DNA from: Gammaproteobacteria bacterium
GTDB lineage: Bacteria > Pseudomonadota > Gammaproteobacteria > UBA9214
Length of the DNA stretch: 62,571 nt
Direction: 5' to 3'
Assembly: GCA_049667605.1 (NCBI GenBank)
Contig: JBATIF010000240.1
Coordinates: 1 to 62,571 of the forward strand
Shown here: one piece after another, positions 1-7,528 of the stretch
How the letters are laid out: every line of letters begins with the position of its first letter
Position numbering within the stretch: the first letter of the stretch is position 1
Translations under genes and position numbers: made by a program
The notes under the pieces: generated by a model
Seen by the model: the letters and a program-made list of their open reading frames with translations, nothing else
The model's database searches: none
What the model was told of the DNA's origin: nothing

Positions 1-40
1 CTTAGGAGGCGCTTGCTCTATCCAGCTGAGCTACCGGGAC
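1..40 (-). tRNA. tRNA-Arg(CCT), 5' half only (truncated by window edge)
   Basis: Reverse complement reads GTCCCGG-TA-GCTC-AGCTGGATA-GAGC-A-AGCGC-CTCCTAA-G. This gives an acceptor 5' arm, D-arm, anticodon stem and a 7-nt loop with anticodon CCT. The 3' half lies outside the window. Confidence 0.8.
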
Positions 41-91
41 CGTGATGCGGATACTCGAAATAGGCCAGAAACGAGCCTGTCCAATGATAAG

Positions 92-167
<76 letters not shown>

Positions 168-305
168 ATTGCATGGTCACCCATTATGATTTTCATCGGG
201 TTCATTTCTGATAACCAGAAACCATTCTAACACCCTGTTCAAAGAGCATTCTATATGCGCGGTGAATTCGCGGTGGGTGTGGCCGGGCGATAGTCTGCCG
301 CTGGC

Positions 306-473
306 TCAGGCGACCTGTTGTTTGCCGGGCCCCGTCAGGGCGATTTCAAGATCAATGAATTTGCTGGTTATCTGCTGGATGTCAACGATGTAGTTATCGT
401 CATCGAGCCGGTTCCGGATGGTAGTAATCCGGCTGGTATTGGTTTCCGGGATATCTGGCGGTTGAATTTTCAT
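306..473 (-). CDS. FlgM-like anti-sigma-28 factor (55 aa). It is missing from the ORF track because it is under 60 aa.
   Basis: Hand translation: MKIQPPDIPETNTSRITTIRNRLDDDNYIVDIQQITSKFIDLEIALTGPGKQQVA*. The segment RITTIRNRLDDDNYIVDIQQITSKFIDLE fits the FlgM C-terminal pattern [RK]xxI[KR]xxIxxGxYxVDxxKIAxKLIxxE. The ATG at 473 is the first possible start after an in-frame TAG. The gene is divergent from fleQ and has a sigma-28-type promoter upstream. It has no good SD. Confidence 0.45.
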   Translation of the reverse strand: MKIQPPDIPETNTSRITTIRNRLDDDNYIVDIQQITSKFIDLEIALTGPGKQQVA

Positions 474-554
474 GAGATACTTACACCGTTTACCTGAATT
501 CTGTGGCTTTTCTTGCGGCAGCTTTTGTTTTTGATCAAAATTGGTGTACTAAAG

Positions 555-581
555 CTATCGTCACTGCCGGGGGTGAGTTTA
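555..581 (-). promoter_or_regulatory. Candidate sigma-28 (FliA) promoter for the FlgM-like ORF
   Basis: Minus strand reads TAAA-ctcacccccggcagt-GACGATAG, i.e. TAAA-N15-GCCGATAA with 6/8 matches in the -10 element. It lies about 80 nt upstream of the ATG at 473. Confidence 0.35.
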
Positions 582-1005
582 GGATGATTTTGGGCAGCAG
601 GTCACAAAGCGGCGAAAAAATGGCGATATCGTGTCTTTTTACTGGAGCCGGCAGGGACAACCCGGCCAATACAGGTGTGGAAATTCCCTGATTGAACTCT
701 TGCAGGCAAATCAAAAATATCTGTAAACCGTAAAGATGGCTGCATGACCGGGCGGGGCAGCCGGCCGGAGCAGTCTTCCCTGGCAGTCTGAATTGTTAAA
801 GTTTTACAGCGGCACGGTATATACGCAGGCTTTCTGCTAGGGTCGCAGGCAAACATCCGATAACCCCGATGTTCTTTTGACAACCCTGCTTCAGGGTGGT
901 TAACTCCCAGCCATAACAACGGGATAAAAAAACTTTAACAATCGTCCGGTTTTTATAATAATCAGTCAAAATAACCACACCATAACCACACCGCCAGGAT
1001 TTCAC

Positions 1006-2436
1006 ATGCAAAGCGAACCCAAGGTCTTGATAATTGATTCTGATCCGGAAAAGGGGAAAGAACTCAAGGCCGTCCTCAAGTTCGTAAATTGTGCCCCGTT
1101 ACTGGTCAGTGATTGTGGCCGCTGGAAAGATCAGGCCGGCGACTGTTCCGATTTTCTGACGGTCATGATCGGCTCCTGCGGAACAGAAGCCAGGTTGTCA
1201 GAGTTAGTTGGCGAAATTCATGAAGTTGATGAACATCTGCCAATTTATTTACTTTCCGAGAAGGGCAAGGAACCAACCATCACCATCGACCCGGGTTCCT
1301 GCATTCTCGGGCGTCTTGACGTTCCCCCGAATTATGCGCAGTTAACCAGCGCCCTGCACCAGGCGGAGGTGTATGTCGAATCCCAGCAGTCCGAGACTGT
1401 ACCCCATCGCCCGGTTGAATTGTTCAGAAGCCTGGTTGGCAGCAGCCGCGCGGTTCAGGACGTCAGGAAAATGATCAAGCAGGTGGCCGAAAGCGATGCC
1501 AACGTGCTTATTCTCGGCGAGTCCGGCACCGGCAAGGAAGTCGTGGCGAGGAACCTTCATTACTATTCGGCTCGACGCGACGGTCCGTTTGTACCAGTGA
1601 ACTGTGGCGCCATCCCGGGTGACCTGCTTGAGTCTGAATTGTTCGGCCATACCAAGGGGGCCTTTACCGGGGCCATTTCAGACCGCGAGGGGCGCTTCGA
1701 GCTGGCAAACGGGGGCACCCTGTTCCTCGATGAAATAGGTGACATGACCCTGCAGATGCAGGTTAAGATTTTGCGTGTCCTGCAGGAGCGTACTTTCGAA
1801 CGCATCGGATCGAATGAAACCGTCACCACGGACGTACGCATTATTGCAGCAACGCACAAAGACCTGGAGGAAGCAATCAGCGCGGGAGAATTCCGCGAAG
1901 ACCTGTTTTACCGGCTGAATGTTTTCCCTATATATATGCCGCCCCTGCGTGAGCGGCTCGAGGATATTCCCCTGCTGGCCAACGAGCTGGTGCGACGAAT
2001 CGAACACGAAAAGCGCGGTTCGGTGAGATTGTCACCGGGCGCCATCTATGCCCTGTGCCAGTACAGCTGGCCCGGGAATGTCAGGGAACTGGCCAACCTC
2101 ATCGAGCGTCTCGCAATCCTGCATCCGTATGCTGTTGTTGACGCTGCCGATCTACCGGAAAAGTTTCGCAGCGAAGAGGGCGAGGTCTCCGAGCACATGC
2201 TCGATGCCCTGATTGGCTCACCGGTGACCTCTGATGATCTTGATCCGCGCCTGCCAAGGGATGGATTAAATCTCAAGGAACACCTCGGATACCTGGAGGT
2301 CAGTTACATCAAGCAGGCATTGTCAGAATCAGGTGGTGTCGTCGCGCATGCGGCCAAGCGCCTCGGCATGCGCAGAACGACCCTGGTAGAAAAACTTCGC
2401 AAGTATGGTCTGCAGAGAAACTCGCAAACGTCATAA
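1006..2436 (+). CDS. fleQ: Sigma-54-dependent transcriptional regulator FleQ
   Basis: The N-terminal FleQ-type pseudo-receiver aligns with P. aeruginosa FleQ (LDVPPNYAQLTSALHQAEVY vs LEMPPSYNKLLDSLHRAQVY). The AAA+ core has Walker A GESGTGKE and the sigma-54 contact loop GAFTGA, and there is a C-terminal Fis-type HTH. The LFRS, post-Walker-A RN and ExxxR (ELVRR) motifs are present. Confidence 0.9.
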   Translation: MQSEPKVLIIDSDPEKGKELKAVLKFVNCAPLLVSDCGRWKDQAGDCSDFLTVMIGSCGTEARLSELVGEIHEVDEHLPIYLLSEKGKEPTITIDPGSCILGRLDVPPNYAQLTSALHQAEVYVESQQSETVPHRPVELFRSLVGSSRAVQDVRKMIKQVAESDANVLILGESGTGKEVVARNLHYYSARRDGPFVPVNCGAIPGDLLESELFGHTKGAFTGAISDREGRFELANGGTLFLDEIGDMTLQMQVKILRVLQERTFERIGSNETVTTDVRIIAATHKDLEEAISAGEFREDLFYRLNVFPIYMPPLRERLEDIPLLANELVRRIEHEKRGSVRLSPGAIYALCQYSWPGNVRELANLIERLAILHPYAVVDAADLPEKFRSEEGEVSEHMLDALIGSPVTSDDLDPRLPRDGLNLKEHLGYLEVSYIKQALSESGGVVAHAAKRLGMRRTTLVEKLRKYGLQRNSQTS

Positions 2437-2478
2437 ATCTGGCGAAATTAAACATTAAACAATTTCGCACTTAGTAAA

Positions 2479-2500
2479 CATTAACCGGTTCCGGTTAATG
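2479..2500. repeat. 22-bp palindrome CATTAACCGG-TT-CCGGTTAATG, overlapping the second copy of a 10-bp direct repeat
   Basis: Perfect 10-bp inverted arms were read directly. TAAACATTAA occurs at 2449-2458 and again at 2475-2484. The palindrome is followed by an A8 run rather than a T-run, so it is not a canonical terminator on either strand. Confidence 0.6.
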
Positions 2501-2612
2501 TCAAAAAAAACTATTAATACTATCGAACCGATGCGACAACGCGTGCGCTGTCGTCAGCAAGCAGGCTTTTTCCTGAATCGTTGTTGTGATAGATTGCCCT
2601 GGTAATAATATG

Positions 2613-2648
2613 ACCGGAAGGGGGGCTTTCCGGGAATGCCGGTTTTTT
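2613..2648 (+). terminator. Weak intrinsic-terminator-like element between fleQ and the GGDEF-EAL gene
   Basis: CCGGAA(2614-2619)/TTCCGG(2628-2633) form a hairpin. A second 4-bp GC stem CCGG(2630-2633)/CCGG(2639-2642) is followed directly by T6 (2643-2648). Confidence 0.3.
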
Positions 2649-2726
2649 GATTTGCCAATTACCTTGATCTGTCGTGCTGCACAGCAGGCGACCACATAGT
2701 GGTGTGAACGTGTACCTTGCCGGTTG

Positions 2727-5027
2727 ATGGACCGGTGCCAGTGCAATCATTTAATAAAAAACTATAACGCTGCTCTTATCATGGCTGACAAGAAAAACAG
2801 TCGCAACACCAACCCTGCTGGAGCGGCGAGCCCGAAAAACCGGCATGGCGGCTACGATAAGGAATATTACTATGCGTTCCGGCTAACGCCTGAAGACAAA
2901 CAGATTCTCAACAGGTATCGGGCGCGTGTTGCACGTGCGGCAACCGGGTTCGCAGAAATATACTACGAGTATCTGTTCGATAATCCCGATATTGCGGACA
3001 AGTTGTATTCCTACGAGAGGATGGGTGGCGATATCGGTCAGTTGGTCCGTGCACAGCTGGCCTGCCTGCTTGATGTGTTTGTGCCGGAAACAGACCCTGG
3101 ACAGGGAAACACGCTGGCCAGGGCCGGTGAGCAACACTTCGGGCATGGTTTCAAGCCGGTCTGGATTATCAGTAGTTATAACCTGTTTATCGATCATCTC
3201 AGGGGCCTGATGCCTGGTCTGAATCTGCCGCCGGAAGATAGCCGTAAACTTGAATCAATACTGCAGAGATTGTTGTTGCGAAATCTCGGCCTGGTCCTGG
3301 ACGGCTATTGGCAGGCAGCAGGAAAGTCTCTCGAAAACGAGTTGGCCCGACTTGAAAAGGATAAGGGCGGGGCTGAAGCATTGCTCGACAGTTTGCCGTA
3401 CATGTTATGGAGTGTGGATATAAAGAAAAACGAGGTGATTTTTGTAAACCCGTCCACGGCCGCCCTCTATGGGGAATCACCTGAGGCGCCGTTACCCTGC
3501 CTGTTTGATACCTGTGAAGAAGACCGGCAAAAGTTGCACGCTGGCTGGCTCGATACTGTCAATGGCAGCGCCAGCCACGTCGAAGTGCGCATGTCACTTG
3601 CCGGTGGAGAACTGCATTGGTACCGGATTGCACTATATCCGGTTATTAATCGCCAGGGTCGAACCACGAAGGTCCATTGTGTACTCGAGGACATTAACCG
3701 GCTGATTCAGGAACACAGACGTCTTCAACGCCTCGCGTCGACCGATGCGCTGACGCAATTATCAAACCGTACGCTATGGATTAACCATCTGGGCAAGGCA
3801 CTGGCAGCATCGAGGCGTATACCTGGATCGCAGGTTGTTGTGATAGCACTCGATATCAATCAATTCAGGATGTACAACGATACCCTGGGCAACGAAACTG
3901 GCGATATGCTGCTGCGTGATGTTGCCCTGCGGCTGAGTGCAGTCGTACGCGAGTCAGACTCGCTGGCGCGACTTGGCGGTGATTACTTTGGAATCATGTT
4001 ACAACCTGCGGGCGATGCAAGAGCAGCAACGGATCGTGTCATTACCCAGGTACTGGAAACAATGGATATCCCTTTTCTCCTGCGGGACAAGCAGTTGTGC
4101 ATTGGCGTAACGCTTGGAATCGCGTGTTTCCCTGAGGATGGCATAGATGAGGAATCCCTGCTCGGCAATGCAGAAAGTGCCATGCAACGTGCCAGGCGGG
4201 ACGGTTTGCCATACCAGTTCTATGACTCGTTGACCGATGTCAGCACGGTTGAACAGCTACGTTATTCCGGACAGATGCGCAGCGCGCTGGAGAAGGGTGA
4301 GTTTGAGCTCTATTACCAGCCACAGCTTGATATAAAGAGCTCGCGAATCACCGCTGCCGAAGCCCTGCTGCGCTGGATGCACCCCCTGGAAGGGGTGCTT
4401 ATGCCGCAAAGGATTATACCGCTTGCAGAGCAGTTGGGGATGATTAACCCGATAAGCAACTGGGTGCTGCTTCAAGCCTTGCAGCAATGCAGGCAGTGGT
4501 CGTTTGATGGTGCTCCCATGCCGGTATCAATAAATATTTCTGCACAAACATTTCATAATCCCCGATTGCCTGAGCAAATACGCCGGACAATAAGTGAAAC
4601 AGGCGTTGATGGAGACTGCCTGGAAATTGAAATAACCGAAGCGACGCTGATGCAAGACATTGATCATGCAACAGGGGTACTCACGCAGTTGAGAGATTTC
4701 GGCGTAACGGTTGCGATAGATGATTTTGGTACCGGTTTTTCCTCGCTGTCCTGTTTGAAACGTTTGCCCATAAACGCCCTCAAGATTGACCAGTCTTTCA
4801 TAATGAATGTTGTAGCTGATCAGCAGGATGTTGCCATTGTGCGTTCAATTATCGATCTGGGGCACAACCTCGGCTGCAAGGTCATAGCTGAAGGCGTGGA
4901 AAGCGCAACATCATGGGATATGCTCAGCAATCTTGGCTGCGATGCGGCCCAGGGATTTCATATCTGCAAGCCCTTGCCAGACAATCATTTCTCCAGCTGG
5001 ATATCCGCGACCCGCGCACCTCGCTGA
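2727..5027 (+). CDS. Globin-coupled sensor - PAS - degenerate GGDEF - EAL protein (probable c-di-GMP phosphodiesterase)
   Basis: - N-terminus resembles a protoglobin/GCS domain: LTPEDKQILNRYR...FAEIYYEYLFDNPDIADKL...GEQHFGHGFKPVWIISSYNLF, with candidate proximal His near nt 3135.
- A PAS-like segment follows (LLDSLPYMLWSVD...).
- The GGDEF domain has GGDYF at the A-site (nt 3975-3989) and an intact RxxD I-site, RESD (3948-3959).
- The EAL domain has EAL (4359-4367), EITE, DDFGTGFSSL, KIDQSF, EGVES and QGF.
- The start is uncertain: ATG at 2727 or ATG at 2781 (MADKKNS). Confidence 0.85.
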   Translation: MDRCQCNHLIKNYNAALIMADKKNSRNTNPAGAASPKNRHGGYDKEYYYAFRLTPEDKQILNRYRARVARAATGFAEIYYEYLFDNPDIADKLYSYERMGGDIGQLVRAQLACLLDVFVPETDPGQGNTLARAGEQHFGHGFKPVWIISSYNLFIDHLRGLMPGLNLPPEDSRKLESILQRLLLRNLGLVLDGYWQAAGKSLENELARLEKDKGGAEALLDSLPYMLWSVDIKKNEVIFVNPSTAALYGESPEAPLPCLFDTCEEDRQKLHAGWLDTVNGSASHVEVRMSLAGGELHWYRIALYPVINRQGRTTKVHCVLEDINRLIQEHRRLQRLASTDALTQLSNRTLWINHLGKALAASRRIPGSQVVVIALDINQFRMYNDTLGNETGDMLLRDVALRLSAVVRESDSLARLGGDYFGIMLQPAGDARAATDRVITQVLETMDIPFLLRDKQLCIGVTLGIACFPEDGIDEESLLGNAESAMQRARRDGLPYQFYDSLTDVSTVEQLRYSGQMRSALEKGEFELYYQPQLDIKSSRITAAEALLRWMHPLEGVLMPQRIIPLAEQLGMINPISNWVLLQALQQCRQWSFDGAPMPVSINISAQTFHNPRLPEQIRRTISETGVDGDCLEIEITEATLMQDIDHATGVLTQLRDFGVTVAIDDFGTGFSSLSCLKRLPINALKIDQSFIMNVVADQQDVAIVRSIIDLGHNLGCKVIAEGVESATSWDMLSNLGCDAAQGFHICKPLPDNHFSSWISATRAPR

Positions 5028-5126
5028 GTCGCGATCCGATCATTCAGTATTGATTCCTGCTGCACGCTGGCCCGTCACTTGCGCGGCTTGGTGTCTATCA
5101 GCCTGCCTGACACTCCCTGTCTGAAC

Positions 5127-5168
5127 GTCATATCTCTGGCATATATCCCGCTTAGTCAAATATATGGC
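5127..5168 (+). promoter_or_regulatory. Two GTCA-N6-TGGC boxes (FleQ-box-like UAS candidate)
   Basis: GTCATATCTCTGGC (5127-5140) and GTCAAATATATGGC (5155-5168) lie 28 bp apart. They sit about 100-140 bp upstream of the sigma-54 element and resemble the published FleQ box GTCaNTAAATTGAC only in the outer half-sites. Confidence 0.25.
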
Positions 5169-5267
5169 GTATTACTGCTGTGATCCTCGCCGCATGATCA
5201 GTTTTATTGTTCAATAGATTCAGATAGATATAGCGCTTTGCGCATTTCCTCGTATGTCTGAAAAAGT

Positions 5268-5283
5268 TGGTACACAAGTTGCT
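5268..5283 (+). promoter_or_regulatory. Candidate sigma-54 promoter (-24/-12) upstream of fleN-fliA
   Basis: TGGTAC-acaag-TTGCT has the correct GG-N10-GC spacing (GG 5269-5270, GC 5281-5282). It is in an intergenic region, about 113 nt upstream of the fleN ATG. Confidence 0.5.
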
Positions 5284-5395
5284 AACCAATTAGGTAATCG
5301 CGCACTTGTCGCACTTTAGCGGCATCCACTAAACACTCTTCAGGGAAAAGTCATGATTAATTGCCGCTCAGTACAAACAACCGGTGTAGTTTCAA

Positions 5396-6283
5396 ATGCA
5401 ACTGTCTGAAGTAAAGCTGGGTGGCTGCAAGACGGCAAAAGAAACCGTGGACAAGCAACCGGTACAGGTTATTGCGGTAACCGGCGGCAAGGGCGGAACC
5501 GGAAAAACCAGTATTGCCATCAACCTTGCATTCGCGCTGGCGGCTGAAGGGCATCGCACCATGTTGCTGGATGCGGATCTTGGCATGGCAAACGTTGACG
5601 TGCTGCTTGGCCTGGAAGCGCAGATAACCTTGCTGGATGTCCTGAATGGCGAATGCCGGCTGGAAGATATCATTCTCGATGGCACGGAAAATCTCATGAT
5701 TATTCCGGCGGCATCAGGTATCAGGCAACTGGCAAATGTCGGCATCAATGAATGTGCCGGACTTGTTCATGCCTTCAGTGATCTGAAAGAACCTGTAGAT
5801 ACCCTGGTGATTGATACAGCTACGGGGATTACCGAGGTTGTCACCAGTTTTTGCGCTGCAGCGACTGAAGTCCTGGTGGTCGTCTGCAATGATCCTGCCT
5901 CGTTCAGGGATAGCGCGGCACAGATTCAGATCCTGTCGTCGGAATATGGTGTTACGCGCTTCCGGATTCTTGCCAGCATGGTCAGGACTGCTGCTGAAGG
6001 TGATGAGATATACGGGTCAATGCAGCATCTGGTTTCGTCAAATCACAATAGTACCTGCTCATATACCGGTTTTATTCCCTTCGATGAGAGTCTGCGCAAG
6101 GCTGTTTCACGGCATCAGGCAGTCGTTGATGTCTTTCCGCGCAGCCGCGCTGCTATGGCTCTCATAAACCTGGCCAGACATGTACTTGCATGGCCGCGGC
6201 CGGATCGTGCAGGTGGGCACCTGGAATTTTTTGTAGAACGTCTTGTTCATAATGAAGATATAAACCTGGAGGTGTTGTCATGA
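5396..6283 (+). CDS. fleN: Flagellar number regulator FleN/FlhG (MinD/ParA-family ATPase, FleQ antagonist)
   Basis: Deviant Walker A in VQVIAVTGGKGGTGKTSIAINLAFALA, then MLLDADLGMANVDVLLGL, nearly collinear with P. aeruginosa FleN. The stop overlaps the fliA start (ATGA). Confidence 0.9.
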   Translation: MQLSEVKLGGCKTAKETVDKQPVQVIAVTGGKGGTGKTSIAINLAFALAAEGHRTMLLDADLGMANVDVLLGLEAQITLLDVLNGECRLEDIILDGTENLMIIPAASGIRQLANVGINECAGLVHAFSDLKEPVDTLVIDTATGITEVVTSFCAAATEVLVVVCNDPASFRDSAAQIQILSSEYGVTRFRILASMVRTAAEGDEIYGSMQHLVSSNHNSTCSYTGFIPFDESLRKAVSRHQAVVDVFPRSRAAMALINLARHVLAWPRPDRAGGHLEFFVERLVHNEDINLEVLS

Positions 6284-7008
6284 AAACCAATACAGCGAAA
6301 CTGGCTGGAGAATACAGAGCCAATAACGACCTCGTCGAGAGCCATGCAACCCTTGTCAAGCGTATTGCCTATCACTTGATGAGCCGTCTGCCGGCCAGCG
6401 TACAGGTTGATGATTTAATTCAGGCCGGTATGATCGGGCTGATAGAGGCATCAAGAAAATTTGATCCTGAACAGGGCGCAAGTTTCCAGACATATGCAGG
6501 CATCAGGATTCGCGGTGCCATGCTGGACGAGATACGACGCACTGACTGGACCCCGCGTTCGGTGCACCGCAAGGCACGCGAAGTTGCAGAAGCTGTTCGC
6601 TTAATCGAGAATGAGAAGGGTCGTGATGCGCGTGATGTGGAAGTTGCCGAAGCCATGGGCCTTGAGCTCGAGGACTATCACAAGATCCTGCAGGATGCGA
6701 CAGGATGCCGGATTTTCAGTTTTGAAGATCCCGGCAACGCCGGCGAGGAAGGTTATACAGGCAACAGCCGTGATCTTAACCAGCCACTGGATACCCTGCA
6801 GAATGAGGATTTCAAAGAAGGCCTGGCCGAGGCCATAAAAGGCTTGCCCGAGCGCGAGCGCCTGGTAATGGCCCTCTATTACGACGAAGAGCTCAACCTG
6901 CGTGAGATCGGCGAAATCCTCGGTGTCAGCGAGTCAAGGGTGTGTCAGATTCATGGCCAGGCATTGATTCGTTTGCGCGCACGCATGGAAAACTGGCTGA
7001 GTGAGTAA
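6280..7008 (+). CDS. fliA: RNA polymerase sigma-28 factor FliA
   Basis: 242 aa with sigma-70 regions 2, 3 and 4. Region 4 HTH is LNLREIGEILGVSESRVCQIHGQAL. It sits immediately after fleN, as in pseudomonads. Confidence 0.92.
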   Translation: MKTNTAKLAGEYRANNDLVESHATLVKRIAYHLMSRLPASVQVDDLIQAGMIGLIEASRKFDPEQGASFQTYAGIRIRGAMLDEIRRTDWTPRSVHRKAREVAEAVRLIENEKGRDARDVEVAEAMGLELEDYHKILQDATGCRIFSFEDPGNAGEEGYTGNSRDLNQPLDTLQNEDFKEGLAEAIKGLPERERLVMALYYDEELNLREIGEILGVSESRVCQIHGQALIRLRARMENWLSE

Positions 7009-7017
7009 GTTTAAAAC

Positions 7018-7527
7018 ATGATGAAGCTGTTAGCTCCCGCCGCGCATGATAAAGATCCTGAAAAATGCTGGTATACGCGGCGCGAGGGCATAAGGCGCGG
7101 GCCATTCACGGCAGAAAATATCACCAGCTATATATTACTCGGGCGGATACGCCTGGATGATGAGCTCAGCCAGGATTGCGAGAACTGGTCTGTTGCCGTA
7201 CGGCTCACAAGCCTGTTGCCGGCGGAGCTGGCAGGACAAGCCGGTTGGGATGACTATGAGCGACTGGTGATTGCCCGTATGAAGGTGGATGAGCGCAGTA
7301 ATGAGCGTCGTGTCAATAATGACAAGTCATATACGGGTTTCCGTAGAGAGCGGCGAATGACAGCCAATCGTCGTGGTAACGACGACAACACCCTTATAAG
7401 CCACTACCTGTTTGACGGAACGATGTCAGCGCAGGACAGGCGCTCGAATCCGCGACGCCTGCGAGCCCTGTTGATGGTGTTGCTGGCAAGCCTGTTGTTC
7501 GCCTGGCTGGGTCCTGTCCAGCAATAA
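7018..7527 (+). CDS. GYF_2 (DUF4339)-domain protein with Arg-rich linker and C-terminal TM helix
   Basis: N-terminal WYTRREGIRRGPFTAENITSYILLGRIRLDDELSQDCENWS matches the GYF_2 pattern (WYy..g...GPfs...l......G.i..dt.v......W). The C-terminal LRALLMVLLASLLFAWL is hydrophobic. The gene starts 10 nt after the fliA stop. Confidence 0.7.
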   Translation: MMKLLAPAAHDKDPEKCWYTRREGIRRGPFTAENITSYILLGRIRLDDELSQDCENWSVAVRLTSLLPAELAGQAGWDDYERLVIARMKVDERSNERRVNNDKSYTGFRRERRMTANRRGNDDNTLISHYLFDGTMSAQDRRSNPRRLRALLMVLLASLLFAWLGPVQQ

Positions 7528-7528
7528 T

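Noticed and set aside
797-823. Perfect sigma-28 -35 box TAAAGTTT upstream of fleQ
   Set aside because: The sequence at the -10 position (GGTATATA) matches GCCGATAA at only 2 of 8 positions. fleQ is not expected to be FliA-dependent.
806-825. GGCACG...CGCA sigma-54-like sequence upstream of fleQ
   Set aside because: The GG to GC spacing is 12 rather than 10, and there is no TTGC.
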